A stretch of DNA of 64,000 bases from Octopus vulgaris (lineage: Eukaryota): positions 82,150,001 to 82,214,000 of the forward strand of contig OX597825.1 in the NCBI GenBank assembly GCA_951406725.2, read 5' to 3'. A program made the position numbers and the translations under genes. The notes below the pieces were generated by a model. The model was given only the letters and a program-made list of their open reading frames with translations. It was not told where the DNA came from and did no database searches. Every line of letters starts with the position of its first letter. Position 1 is the stretch's first letter. This document shows positions 27,394-43,802 of this stretch, one piece after another.

Positions 27394-28234
27394 GGTTGAG
27401 AAGGAGGTGGTGTTGGTGTTGGAGGTGGTGTTAGCGGTTAATAGTGCTAATTATGATGGTAATATTGACGTTGACGATGAGCATGATAATGATGACGATT
27501 GATACTGATGATGATGATAATGATGATGATGATGATGATGATGGCGTTTATGACGTAGACGGTGCTTACATTAATTCCAGTTCACAGAGTGCTTCTGTCA
27601 CCTGGTTTTGGTTTGGTTAACAACAATAACTAATCCAGTCTGTCTGTTTGTCTGTCTGTCAGTGTCTGTGTCTGTCTGTCTGTCAGGCTGTCTGTCTCTG
27701 TCTATCTCTCTCCACCTCCTTCCTCCCTCTCTCGCCTCTATCTTTCCTCCTCCTCCCCCTCTTCCTCCTCGCTCACACAGGGCGGCAGGAATAGGCCACA
27801 AATTGCCGCACAGTCGGTGCTTTGTAAATTAAGTAAACGGGGTTAGCAGGGAAGTATGGGGGTCGGGAGGGGCGTGGAGAGAGAATGTCGGTAGTGAATA
27901 ACAGAACAGGAGAGGACAGGCTAGTACAGGATAAGGTAGGACAGGGGTTGGGCCAGAGCTGGGTCGGGAAGAAGAGGGCAGGGTTGTATGGGTGGGACGA
28001 CGGATTGCGCTTGTATAGGAACGAACAATTTTGTCTCGACAAAAAGGCAATCGATTGGTTTCGGTTCGATACTTGTTGAAATTTGATTGAAGACGTGAAG
28101 AGAGGACTTTTGATCGATGGCTTTCAATCATTATTAGCGTCAACATCGCCGTCATCATCATCATTATCGTAGTTATCATCATCATCATCCGCATCGCCGT
28201 CGACATCATCCCCCTCCTCATCATCACCATCATC

Positions 28235-28266
<32 letters not shown>

Positions 28267-28375
28267 GTCGTCGTCGTCGTCCTTGTCACCGTCATCCTCA
28301 CCATCATCATCTTCATCGTCGTCGCCATCATCATCACCATCATCACCGTCATCAACAACAAGAACAACCCCATCC
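27100..28375. repeat. (GAT/GGT)n tract (27100-27545) and (CAT/CGT)n tract (28130-28375) around a G-rich unique spacer
   Basis: Directly visible. Confidence 0.88.
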
Positions 28376-28486
28376 TTGAACCTTTACTGTCTCGAGTTCT
28401 AGAGCTCAAAGGGTCCCTTGTTTACCTGGTTCCTACAATGTACAACTGACCGAGATCAAAACCAGAAACGGGACGCCAGGGTTACT

Positions 28487-28757
28487 CATTTACAGTTGCG
28501 CACTGGGTCGATATAATCGACTTAATCCGTTTGTCTGTCCTTGTTTGTCCTCTCTGTGTTTAGCCCCTTGTGGGTAGGAAAGAAATAGGTATTTCGCCCG
28601 TCGCTGCGTTCTATGTTCAAATTCCGCCGAGTTATACTTTGCCTTTCATTCTTTCAGGGTCGATATATTAAGTACCAGTAAAAAACTGGACTCGATGAAA
28701 TCGACTAAACCACCCACCTAAATTTCAGGTCCTGTGCGTGTAGTAGAAAGGATTGTT
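28487..28757 (+). mobile_element. SINE family A dimeric form, 5'-truncated
   Basis: gtcgatataatcgacttaatccgtttgtctgtcc...aaagaaataggtatttcg...gttcaaattccgccgag...gtagaaaggatt; colinear with 53906-54317. Confidence 0.82.
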
Positions 28758-29344
28758 ATTCGTTATTTATAACTCTATACTTAATATTCTCACCAAGGTA
28801 AATAAAAACAGAAGACAAAACCCACACAGCGACAACAATCGCTGTTATCAGTTTAGAATACAAGATACATTTGCACTTGACTGCCATGTTAAGAAAAATA
28901 AGAAATAAAAAAGAAAAAAAAGGAAAGGAAAAGAAACAAGGAAAAGAAGAAGGTAGTGTAGATACGTAATATGGTTGTTGTTAGATAATGTGTGTCGACA
29001 GGATTGGTTTTGAATAAAGAAGTAAATTTATTGATGGGACGATAAAATAGAAAGCCTGCAAGTTTTGCTGCCTCAATTGTGTTTTTGTTGTCCTTTGTAA
29101 ATATGATATGTGTGTGAGTGTGAGGGTGGGTGTATGCATGAGTGTATGCGTGAGTGTACGTGTGAACGTGTGTCTATTGGGCGTGGTACGTAAGATAAGA
29201 GAAAATTGTAAAGGTAGTTTACAACGTAGCGTAACAGGAGTGTCTTTTTTTAGACTTTTCTGAAAATAGCCTCGATTTTGATGCGTGCGGTTTCCTAACG
29301 GCCGCATGACGACCGGGTTTAGCGTTCACTGAGCCACTAAGGGA

Positions 29345-29857
29345 TACACACACACATACACACATACATAGATACATACATACGCACGTACATACATACA
29401 TACATTCGTAGGTAAATACATTCATACATACATACATACGTACATACATACATACATACGTACACACATACATACATACAAACATACATACATACATGCA
29501 TACATACATACATACATACAAACATACATACATACATACATACATACATACATACATACATACATACATAAATACATACATACATACATACATACATACA
29601 CACATACATACACACACATACACACACATACATACACACATACATACACACATACATACACACATACATACACACATACACACACATACATACATACATA
29701 CATACATACATACATACACACATACATACACACATACATACACACATACATACATACACACATACATACATACACACATACACACACATACATACATACA
29801 TACATACATACATACATACATACACACATACATACATACATACATACATACATACAC
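29345..29857. repeat. ~510-bp (ATAC)n/(ATACAC)n array
   Basis: Directly visible; source of the MYVCMYVC ORFs. Confidence 0.95.
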
Positions 29858-29869
29858 ACTTATAAGTAC

Positions 29870-29907
<38 letters not shown>

Positions 29908-29909
29908 GT

Positions 29910-30485
<576 letters not shown>

Positions 30486-30512
30486 GTCATATAATATATA
30501 TATATATATTTG

Positions 30513-30561
<49 letters not shown>

Positions 30562-32228
30562 TCACACACATATATATAGTATATAGTACATGTGTATGTG
30601 TGTATGTATGTGTGCTTGGTTTGTTTAGGGAGGGGTATCCCAGCACAGATGTGTTTAACTAAATATTCATATCTGTAATGCATGAATACACAAGTTAGAG
30701 GTTTTAACTCTCAGCCTGACGGATGAACACACAGAGTCGTTGAAATAAGTAGGTTGCTGTATAAGGCCATTGTAAGACAGAGTGGAGGTTATATAAATAC
30801 GCACATATGTTCAAATCCCATTTATTTTACATAGTTCAGACTGTTTTTTAAATGAATAGAATGAAATTTCTGTACTTAGATTCACTACGTACAACTCACA
30901 ATACCATTAGGCGATCAGTAACTTATATAATAAGCCTTCTAACTAAAAAATATATTGCGTAGATTGTGATTCCGGGAAAAACAATTGAGGAAGAGTTAAG
31001 ATTCTGTGTTACTTATATTAACTGACTTCCTGTTGACGTCATTTAAAATTAATTCTATTCTAACACTATTCAGTCTTTCGTAATATTTTGATTTTTGTAT
31101 TAAACTACTGAACCTTCATGAAGTCGCTTAATGTTTTTCAGAAAGATATGAATGGAACAAACATTAAAATACAATAAATTTTCATATTCGTAATTTCGTG
31201 AAATACGATCCTTTATGCCTAATCATCAGCAAATCATTTATTAAGGGTTCGAATTAGGTGTGTGCGGAGAGTTGGGTGAGGATGGGGGAATTGATGCTAC
31301 AAGTTTATCAGTCTTAAACCTTCAGTATCATGATGGAGGTTATTAATCATAGATCTTCTCAAGGCAGCAACGTAGGATGAAGCACCTCAAGGGCACACAC
31401 CAAACCGCCCGTTCCAGGAATTGAAACCACGTTCATATAATCATAAAACACAATACGTTAACCACCAAGCCATGCGCTTCTATGATTTGATCCGCCCCAA
31501 CTCCCCAATGAATTTTACCCTAGAAAACCACTGAAAGAATCTGTCGTCTCTTTTGTTTATTGTCAACAATAAAAGAAATGGTAATAATGTATTGTAAGAA
31601 CTGTGTCTTAAAAGACAAAGAAATTTCGGAGAATATATTAACTGTGTCTCTGCTTTTGTCTTGATAAATGTTTTTCCCACGGTATTGAATAACACACGTC
31701 TCACTAAACGAAAACAACAGAACATTCAATAACAACAACAACAGCAACATTAATAATTACAATGATGATGATGAGGACGATGATGATGATGATGATGTGC
31801 AGTATATTTTGAGCAGAGCTAATGTTTATTTAAATGTTTTTTTTAAAAATTTATTTTATATATAATGTTTTGGAAGGAACCCAACAAAAGTACAAGGGAA
31901 ACTCAACTCTTCGTTTTGTCTGAGTTCTGATATTTCAGTTGTTGTTGTTGTTGCTGTTGCTGTAGATCAGTCTGCATTTGTTATAGGTTGATGGTGGATT
32001 GGCAGAGTCGGTAGAGCATCGAGCATTATTTGTTCTTGCACACGGCGCGCTGAGTTCAAATCCTGCCGAGGCTATGTCTGTTTCGAGGGGGTCATCAATA
32101 TATATAAATGCACACACGTACACACACACACACACACGCGCATATATATACACGCGGATGCATACATACATGCATATATATATATATATATATATATATG
32201 TGAGTGTGTGTGTATATGTATGTATATA

Positions 32229-32264
<36 letters not shown>

Positions 32265-32797
32265 TGTATGTATGTATGTATGTATGTATGTATATATACA
32301 CGACGGTCTTCTTTCAGTTTCCGTCCATATATATGCAGACATACATTACGTAGTTGACATCATTAATTAGAATCAAAGTTTCGGATAGTGTTATCAAAAT
32401 TTGAAAGTAAATAACTACACAAACACTATATTTACAACAAAAATCGAAAAGAAAGCGCGCTAGCTTCAGAGATCTGATAGGTGTATGGTTATGATAGAGG
32501 GTTGTAGTAATGGTAGTGATGGTAGTGATGGTGGTGGTGGTGGTCGTCGTCGTGGGATTATTTACTAATGCTTTGTCTGTGTATATGATTATTTCCAAGT
32601 CTGAACATTTCTGTCATACGGTATTTGAAACTTTGGGTGATAGAGAGGTGTGGGGCTCGGCAATGACAGTTATTGTAATTGTGTTATTGCGGAAAGTGTT
32701 AAGGACAAAAAGAGAAAAAAAAGAAAAAATGAAAGGAAAACAACGAAAGTTTGGAAAGAAACAGTGATCAGAGGTGGTAGCAATCATCCTTATCTAA

Positions 32798-33010
32798 TGG
32801 TTTCAAATTTTGACACAAAGCCAGCAATTTTAAAGGAGAGGTATGTCAATTACACCGAACCGAGTGTTTTACTGGTATTTATTTTATCGCACCTGACAAG
32901 GTGAAAAGTAAAGTTAACGAGGGGGAAATTTGAACTCAGAACATAAAGGGTTAGAAGTAATGCCGGTAAACATTTTGACCGACGCTCTACCGATTCTGCC
33001 AGCTTACCAC
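32798..33010 (-). mobile_element. SINE family A, diverged
   Basis: tggtttcaaattttgacacaaagccagc...aatttgaactcagaac...gattctgccagct. Confidence 0.75.
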
Positions 33011-33685
33011 TTTTGGTACATTAGACATAAATACAACTAAAATGAAAGGAAAATAACCGAAGCCTGGAATTAAAATAGTGATCAGAGACGGTCGGTTGAC
33101 ATCGTCCGCCTTATATATTTCCTATACATGTCTGACATTAGGCAATAAAGATTCTGTTACGGGAAAATAAACAGATGTTGAGGGACAATTTTGATACAAT
33201 GGTTTCATATCTGTGTTTAGAATTTTTCTATCGCGTCCAGATTTTACGAAATTCAATTCTAGTTTATTCTGAGCTTCCATTTAGATCAATATATTCTATG
33301 GGGTTTTTTTTCATAAGAAAGGGCGGACATATTATTTGACATATCCTAATTATTTTACCAGATTTTTTTAATGGTAATTCAGAATGGCATCAAGTAGGCC
33401 TCTGTGTGTATATACACCACAATGATAGTCTGCTGCATCTGGGGATAATATACACCGTATATATTCTAGCAACAACAAAGAAACCTCACAGTAATATCAA
33501 GAACGAAATTTGTCTGCAAGAACAATTTTGTTGTAAGAACTGGGGTACCGCTTTTACTTTAAAATAATTGTTAGCGATGGAAGTAGTATTAATGCCAAAA
33601 GCAATCTTTATATCCAACTTAACGTGGATCTCTTGTTAGAAAGCCGACCACTGCGGTATGAGGCTTGAGGGGGTCCTCTCTCATA

Positions 33686-33908
33686 TGTATTTCTTTATTG
33701 CCCATAGGGGGCTAGACACAGAGGGGACAAACAAAGGGATTAAGTCGACTAAATTTACCCTTGTGCGTAACTGGTACTTATTTAATCGACCCCGAAAGGA
33801 TGAAAGGCAAAGTCGACCTCGGCGGAATTTGAACTCAGAACGTAGCGGTAGACGAAATACCACTGAGCATTTCGCTCGGTGTGCTAACGATTCTGCCAGC
33901 TCGCCGCC
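33686..33908 (-). mobile_element. SINE family A (monomer)
   Basis: Closely similar to 20215-20446. Confidence 0.88.
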
Positions 33909-34189
33909 TCATATAGACATAAATTGAAGCAGAGGAGAATCGTCTATTATGGGCTCCAGAGCTGCCAGATTCCAGGATTTCAGTCTACTGGATTTCCTCA
34001 GTGGCAGCCGCCCAGTCACCGCTGCTTACCACCTAAATCTCACTGCCAACGATACGTGGAATTTCCATGTCTTTTCAGCCACCAATTTTGAAAATAACCA
34101 GCAAGCTTAGTAAAAAATAATTAGAAGCGACGGATGCAATATTAGTACTAAAAGGTCTTCTACGATATATATATCCGTGCTTTTAGGCA

Positions 34190-34530
34190 CCTAGCTCTTG
34201 TATGTGAGCACCTCTTAAATCTAACGGCGCAGTATTCGGCCTTCTAACAAGACAACCTCGTTAAGTTTGATATAAAGATTAAATTTACTATACTTGGTTC
34301 AATGTAATGTTAACAACTTGTTTAAATCGGAAACGAAGATCCATGGCATTCGCACTTCCCACGATTTGATGGGAATTCAGAAATCGCAATGATGATTGTT
34401 ATGTTTTTGTATGGTAAAGAGAGCTGGGTGCATCAAGAAAAATAATCACTGATCAACTAGCCTCACCAGGTGAACCATAAACCAGTACTTCATAATGAAG
34501 CAGATTCATCGTTATTTCCACCAACAAGAT
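34190..34530 (+). pseudogene. Decayed Chapaev-3-like (CMC) transposase N-terminal fragment
   Basis: From 34322: LNRKRRSMAFALPTI*WEFRNRNDDCY, matching 'MpFavPmvWrEp.nh.dDCYFC'. Family name is from recall. Confidence 0.55.
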
Positions 34531-35137
34531 AACAGTTCTTAAGACTCGCTTAGTGATATGGAAACAGAGAGAGAAAGTTCATATGTCGATGAAATAAGTA
34601 CCAGTTCAGCACTGGGGTCGATGTAAACGACTGACCCTCTCTCACGAAATTGCTGGCCTTGTGCCAAAATTTGAAACCGATATTAGTTGTCAATGGTCCG
34701 GTGCAAGAGGGTGGCTACAAGCGTGTACCCGGAAAGTGGAGACTAATCATTGACTCTGGTAAAGCGATTTTTAAAGTTGGGTTGCCGCCCAAAACCGATA
34801 AGAAACCTTCTTATATGTAGCATATACTGTTGATATTAACACGACCCAGGAAAGTAACTTGGTTTGATTACGCAAGAAGAAACCATTTTGGGGGGTCAGG
34901 GAGACTGGGTGTTTTGTTTGTGCTAAATGTGGACATGATTGGAAAACCTCGTTATCAGATGTGAATTCAGTTATGATTGATACAGAAGGAAATGGTAGTT
35001 CCAATTCCTATCGCAGATAATAAATAAGAAATAAAGTTAAGATTTATGGCGAAGTTGTTCTACACTTGCCGTTCAGACTGGAACCAAAATAAATTGTCAG
35101 TAGCCTTCTACTTTGCCTCTTTTTAAAACTCATTACT

Positions 35138-35666
35138 TGCCTCCTCCGCCTCCGCCTCCGCCTCCTCCTCCTCTTCCACCACCTCCTCCTCCTCCTCCTC
35201 CTCCTCGTCGTTGTCGTCGTCATTATCATCATCATCATCATCATCATCTTCTCTACCTCTTCACATTTTTCTTTCTCCTCCTCCTTACCATCATTAAATT
35301 CACCACCACCACTACCACCACCACCAACACCACCCAACCACCACCTCCACCACCACCTCAACCACCACCTCCACCACCACCAACAACACCAACACCACCA
35401 CAATCACCACCATTATCGCCACCACTGCCATCACTGCCGGCACCACCGTCATCGTCATCGTCATCATCATCATCATCACCATCATCATCAAATGAGATGA
35501 TACCAGTAAGACTCCATGAGTAAAGCCATCAGTTATCTTACTTTCTACACACCCCCACCACTCACTTATTTAAATGTCTCTGTGATAAGTACTTCAGTAC
35601 ATACATACACACATACATATATATACATACATACATACATGCCTATATATGTATAGATGCCAATAA

Positions 35667-35727
<61 letters not shown>

Positions 35728-35775
35728 TGTATGTATGTATGTATGTATGTATGCATGTATGTATGTATATGTATG

Positions 35776-35869
<94 letters not shown>

Positions 35870-36403
35870 CGTATGTGGATCGTGGCGTGGGGTAAAGTTT
35901 TTGGCGAAGATATCAAAAGAAATGGTTAAACTGGTATTTTTTCCTTAGTCACTAATTGCAGGGTAGCAAAGAGTTACTTAATGAAGAAATTAGTGAAAGA
36001 AAAAACAAAAAAAGATAACGAAAAAAAACAAAAAAGAACAAAAAAAAATAAATAAAGCAAAAGAGAAATAGCAATTAATTTAAGAAAAACAAAACAACAG
36101 GACATAAATAAGTAGACAAATATATATAAATTCGAAATATTTCGCTAATTTCCTGCGTAATTTTAAACGACAGACAATTTTGGAAGAAAATGGTAATTTA
36201 CATTTCAAGGGTATGAATGGAAATGTAAACCACAACAGCAGCAGCAGCAGCAGAACGTATCATCATCATCATCATCATCAACAACAATATAAATTTTTCT
36301 TCTTCTCCTTCCTCTTCTTCGTAGTCATCGTCGTCATTATCATCATCACCATGCTCAGTATCATCATCGTCGTCGTCATCATCATGTCATCATCATCATC
36401 GTC

Positions 36404-36435
<32 letters not shown>

Positions 36436-37270
36436 AATCATCATCATCGTCATCGTCGCTGTCACCATCATTGTCATCGTCGCTGTCATCATTATCATCG
36501 TTTTCATCACCATCACCACCACCATCATCATGATCATCATAATAATCCTCATCGTCATAATCATCGTCTTCACCACCACCACCACCACCACCACAACCAT
36601 CATCATCATCACCGTCATCGTGGTGGTCGTCTTCAAGATTACTAGCAAAGCACCAACTGCGTCATCTTTACCAGCATCATTAAAGACATTAACATCAGCA
36701 ACAAGAATATCATCATAGTCGCCGTCGTCGTCATCATCACCGCCATCATCCTCGCCGCTCATCATCACCATCATCATCATATTCACCATCAACATCAAGA
36801 CATCATCATCATCAACACCACCATCACCACCACCACAATCATCATCATCATAATCATCAACATCACCGCTACCACCACCATCATCATCATCATCATCATC
36901 ATTAATCACCACCACCATCATTATCATCATCATCTTCATTATCCTCCTACTTCTCCTCCTCCTCCTCCTCATCATCATCGTCATCGTCGTCATCATCATA
37001 ACCATCTTTATCATCATCATCATCATCATTAATCACCATCACCATCACCATCTTCATCATCATCATACCTTTCGCCACCACCACCATCATTATCATCATC
37101 ATCATCTTCATTATCCTCCTACTCCTCCTCTTCATCATCATCATTATCCTCCTCCCCTCCTCCCCCTCGTCGTCGTCATCATCATAACCACCTTTATCAT
37201 CAGTAAGAGCACCAGCGACAGTAACTTCATTATCACCAGCGAAAGCGACTCCAGCGCCACCGTCAGCAAC
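35138..37270. repeat. Trinucleotide tracts (35138-35490, 36230-37270) and a (TA/TATG/TG)n field
   Basis: Directly visible. Confidence 0.9.
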
Positions 37271-37699
37271 CAGGTCAAGTTCTTGTTACGCCTGTTTCTA
37301 TGATAAGTGCTAAGTAGCTCCATTAAGGAATAGTTACGCAAAAAAACAAAAAAAAAAGAGAAGACGAAAAAGAAAACGACGTGAAATTCTTTGTTTTTTC
37401 AACCCAGTTTTATATATTTGTTTTTCTTTTTTAGAGAGAGATTCTCCTCTGATATATTGCAGCTCTAAAAATATTAGGCAAAATGGCGGAAAGAAAAGTA
37501 AAAAAAAAAATGGTTGAGATAGCAAAATAGTTAAGATCGCAAATGAATGAGTCTTGGATTCAAATGAGGAATGAGCATACGATACGTTTAACGACAGTAA
37601 ATCTGGTACAGAAAGAATAAATTGTTGTCATGGCAACTGTGTTTTACAATTTCAAAATGTCTTTACTCAAAATTTAAATCATACAATTCTATCGTTGGA

Positions 37700-37986
37700 G
37701 TGGAGGCACATGGCCTAGTGGTTAGAGCAGCGGACTCGCGGTCGAGGAATCGCGGGTTCGAATCTCAGACCGGGCGAACCACCTAAGCTCCACGCGGCTC
37801 CTGGCAGAAGGTAATAGCGAACTTCTGCTGACTCTTTCGCCACAACTTTCTCTCACTCTTTCCTCCTGCATCTTGCAGCTCACCTGCGACGGACCGGCGT
37901 CCAGTCCAGGTGGGGAACCTATACGCCAAGTAAACCGGGAAACCGGCCCTTATGAGCCAGGCATGGCTTGAGAAGGAACAAACAAC
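37700..37986 (+). mobile_element. tRNA-derived SINE family C variant
   Basis: A box TGGCCTAGTGG, B box GGTTCGAATC; 3' part cctgcgacggaccggcgtcc...gggaaaccggccc; (AAC)-like tail; imperfect TSD ATTCTrTCGTT at 37686 and 37987. Confidence 0.85.
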
Positions 37987-38000
37987 ATTCTGTCGTTAGG

Positions 38001-38209
38001 AAGGTGACGAGCTGGTAGAATCGTTGGCACGCCAGGCAAAATGCTTAACGGTATTGGGTACGTTCTGAGTTCAAATCTCACAGGGGGTCGACTTTATTTT
38101 TATCCTTTCGGGGTTGATAAAATAAGTACCAGTTGAGCACTGAAATCAATGTAATAGACTTACCCCCCTCTTTTGAATTTGCTGATCTTATGGCAAAGAT
38201 TTGAAACCA
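38001..38209 (+). mobile_element. SINE family A
   Basis: gagctggtagaatcgttggcacgcc...gagttcaaatc...gataaaataagtaccag...tttgaaacc. Confidence 0.8.
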
Positions 38210-39252
38210 GTATCCTTCTAGTACTGATGTGGCATTAAATTAGATCATTCTACAGAAGAGTAGAGATTAAGTATTTTTTGATATCTGACTCCATAAGCTA
38301 CTAAACCGATGTGAATTATCCGCCTTTTCCTTTCTCCGCCATTTTTGTTCTCTTAAAATAACCGGGCAATTAAGGACACAGTTTTATTAAATCAGATTGG
38401 TCTGTTTCAGTATGGTAATGAATTGAAGCAATTAACTTAATGGGCTTCACCCCAGGAGAAACCTAAAATGTGTTCTGTTTACCAGGAGTTTTATAAATAA
38501 GCTGCTAAAAAGTCGGTATATATATATATATATACACAATCCTCTGACTCACTTTTGCATACGTAATCATTTTGAGATTAAAAAAAAATCTGTCATTTAA
38601 TTTTGGAGATTCAGTATTAAAGAAGATTGCTTTTAATAAATTCATTTGTCCGGCTGTAAAAGTACATTTGAAATAGAATAAGAGATTTTAATAGATAATT
38701 TAAATTTATTTAGTTTTGAATTATTGAAATCATTCAGGACAGAAATGTCAGGAAAATATCGAGTTAATAGCTTCGAGAAATTTACGAGGTTACCAGTGGT
38801 AGATTTTAGGAGGGAACACTTCGCGCTGTGTAAATTTGGTACTGTGAATAGCTAACCCTAATTAGAAAAATAAATAAAAGCAAAAATGGCGTATATCCTA
38901 TATTTATAATTAAGCAAGCTAAACCAAAACTAGAAAATAAAAGTACTATATAAACTTAAAAATAAAAACGTTTGACATTCTTGTAGTCCGCTTTCAATCT
39001 GACATTTTCTCAAAAAACCCACTTATCTGGGTTTCGACTGATATGTATGTACATAGTGTATGCAGATATAATATGCATACGCGTATGCATATTATAAATA
39101 TATGTAAATGTAAGTCTGCGCGCACACATACGCACACACACACACACATATGAGTTTATGTATATACACACACACATATATATAATATATAATTTATATA
39201 TGTGTGTGTGTTTGTATGTATATGTATATAAATATGCACATATATATGCATG

Positions 39253-39300
<48 letters not shown>

Positions 39301-39551
39301 TATATATATATTTGTGTGTGTGTGTATGTATATATGTATGTATATATATATATGTGTATATATATATATATATGTGTGTGTGTGTATGCATGTGTATATA
39401 TATATGTATGTGTGTGTGTGTGTGTGTGTGGTGTGTATGTGTGTGTTGATGTTGACACGTTAGTATTTGGTATTTGTAAGGTCAGTGTCCAGACACTGCT
39501 GTAATGCAATAACATGATGTACAAACGTATTTAGATTTATGTACACGCATA

Positions 39552-39619
<68 letters not shown>

Positions 39620-39620
<1 letters not shown>

Positions 39621-39922
39621 TATATGGGTACAGGACGTAACCAACAGTAAACAACATGAAAAACGAAAGCAAATGAGTTCAATACGTAAACAACGAGAGA
39701 AACAAATGGAGAACAGGACAAGTAACACACAGAACGACCCTTCATCAGTTGTCGGCTGCCTATCTACTCCCCATTTCCAGCATTGAACGACAATATGAGT
39801 CTTCGAAGACAGTTCCTCCTATAAGTACCAAAATCAAATTTGCAATTTATGGAGGGTGAAAGTTGGGAACAAAAACAGGAAAGTGGAGACGTACAAGGAA
39901 ACCGAACGAAAACAAACGTATA
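39620..39922 (-). mobile_element. Dispersed element end abutting (TA)n, possibly Penelope-like terminal repeat
   Basis: Minus-strand end catgttgtttactgttggttacgtcctgtacccatata matches 51690-51730 on plus; contains CTGATGAAGG. Confidence 0.45.
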
Positions 39923-39924
39923 TT

Positions 39925-40306
39925 AGCTTAAAGGTTCATCCAAGGCTGGGACCACGAGCCATATGTCCCCTGCCCAATTCAGGATCACAGCATATAGGTA
40001 CACTGAAGCATAATTTCTTTTCCTCAACAGGCCCTGCCCTGTTTAACATTCTCCCGAAATAGACAAAAGAGGAAAAGGATCCCATCAACTTTAAACGGAG
40101 TCTGGACAAATTTCTTCGAAGAATACCAGATAAGCCACTATACTTGGATACAACTCACTCAACAAGAACTCACTACTTGAATGGACCATAATACCACAAA
40201 ACTTGACTTAAAAGCGATTTAGATAATCCTGTCAGGTGGTGCTATTAAGTTAGACATGGCCTGGACCAATCTTTGGACGAAACATATCTAAGTTTATCTA
40301 AGTTTA
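39925..40306 (+). mobile_element. 5'-truncated CR1-clade LINE 3' end
   Basis: KVHPRLGPRAICPLPNSGSQHIGTLKHNFFSSTGPALFNILPK*...FKRSLDKFLRRIPDKP; ends in tandem ATCTAAGTTT ATCTAAGTTT. Confidence 0.75.
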
Positions 40307-41439
40307 TATATATATATATATATGTATATATGTTTGTGTGTATGTGCACACGTCTGCGTGTTTGTAGGTGTGTATGTTAGTGCGTGCGTGTGTGTGTGAA
40401 TGTGCATACGAACTTTAGGTTAGTTAGAACATGTTTGTTACCTATTTCAACTTCTAAAGGCAAATTAACTACAGTTACCGTGGACAAACAAATTCCCTCT
40501 TATGGTATAAAGACGTAAAACCACCACATCTGCACAGTGCTACCCTCTAGTGGTTTGTCAAACACACGTTTCTTGCTCTTTAGCCTTCCTCCATGAGAAA
40601 TACTTAAGAGAGATAACTCTGGACAGTTTCAAAGCCGTAGCTTTATCTAAAAGCAATCAACATTATATAAATAAAATAGAACGAGAACATCTCGGTTGGA
40701 ACAGGCCGTGTGTCATTTTTCTAGTTTTCAGATATAAAATTAAACTATAAAGTGTACCATATTTGTTTAAGGGGTATTTTCGGACATGGGGAGATTTTGG
40801 CTGCTAAATGTAGCACATTGAGGATCGTGTGACAACATCAAATTTCTTCTCTGTTGTCTCGTTGATGATAACTTTAGATTTGATGTTATAGGTTCATCAA
40901 CTCTGCAAGTAAACTAGTCACTCACAAATGTATAAGTATATAAATGTTTATACTTATATAATGCCCCATCAAAAAACAAGCAACAGTAAACAAATTAGAA
41001 ATACAGCAAATAATAAAAAGAAAATACTCTACGACTGGTACAAAGAAATGACAAGGAAACGGGTGTGAACGTATTATTACCCGTGCTGGGATGGAAAAAA
41101 ATGTAGATAAATACTTGATGTATTGTGTAATAGGAAAGAAAAATGAGTGAGAGTCATACACGAATGTATGAATGTTGAGCAAGAGTGCATGATTTACGAG
41201 AATTCGATATAGGAGAGGTCCCAGGAGGGTAATGATACACCGAAAAACAAAACATATGCAGTTTTACAATGACGTTTAAATAAACAATATTCGGTAATAT
41301 TAATAACTTATTCAGTACACGCATTTCGCACGTATACATAGGCATTCACAATTATACACACGGCACAAAAATGTACACACTCCTCGCTCAAATACTAGAA
41401 CGAATACATATGTACACGCACATAAGCACGGATATGAAA

Positions 41440-43010
<1,571 letters not shown>

Positions 43011-43574
43011 ACACACTTGTGTGACTTGTTATGATAATTTATATATTTATCTTATTTTATTTAAATCATTTTTTTGTCAGCGGGCTTTGAAATCATCCTT
43101 GAATTACTCGTCTAATACTCGTCGGTAAACCATCCTGTTTGACCTTTGACCCAGGGGGGGGGATATAAAAACTCAAACTCGCCCCCTGTCACATCTTAAT
43201 GTCTTCATTTGCGACATATAAAACCTGACATAGAAATTAATACAACCAGAAAAATTAGTTCTAGTATTCGCAGAGAAAGTCTTATGTTGTTCTGTTTTAG
43301 TATTTAGTTTTCAAGATTTTTGAGAGGGACTTGTGTGTTGAGGACATATTTTGTTGTATTTTGGGTGGGTCCTTATGCCAATTATAAACACACGCACTGA
43401 TTCTGTTTCATCTCTTTTATTATTACTTTTATACTGGTTAAATATGTAACCATTTAACTAATTAGTGTTTTGATGAATCATCTCAGTTAATTAATTGACT
43501 AAGTTTGTCATAATACTTTCACTGTCATTCAGGACCTTGATAATATTCCCCTTCTGTAATCCGGGTCTACTAGT

Positions 43575-43783
43575 CCTTTCTGCTATAAAGAAAAACTCTA
43601 AGACATTGGGAGAGAGCGCTAGTTAGCCACATCGATAACAATTGTTGACTGATATTAATTTCATGGACCATGAAAGCATAAAAGGCAAAGTCGACCTCGG
43701 CGACATTTGAACTCAGGACGTAAAACCAGAAGAAATTTCCAAGAATCTTTGCAGGCGTGCTAGCGCTTCTGCCAGCCTGCCTC
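43575..43783 (-). mobile_element. SINE family A, older copy
   Basis: aaaggcaaagtcgacctcggcgacatttgaactcag...ttctgccagc. Confidence 0.75.
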
Positions 43784-43802
43784 CGTCTTCAGATCTAATA
43801 AT

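Noticed and set aside
37700-37775. tRNA gene candidates (also 49668-49738, 53016-53090, 54560-54632)
   Set aside because: A/B boxes are present but there is no convincing acceptor stem, and they continue into SINE bodies, some with TSDs.
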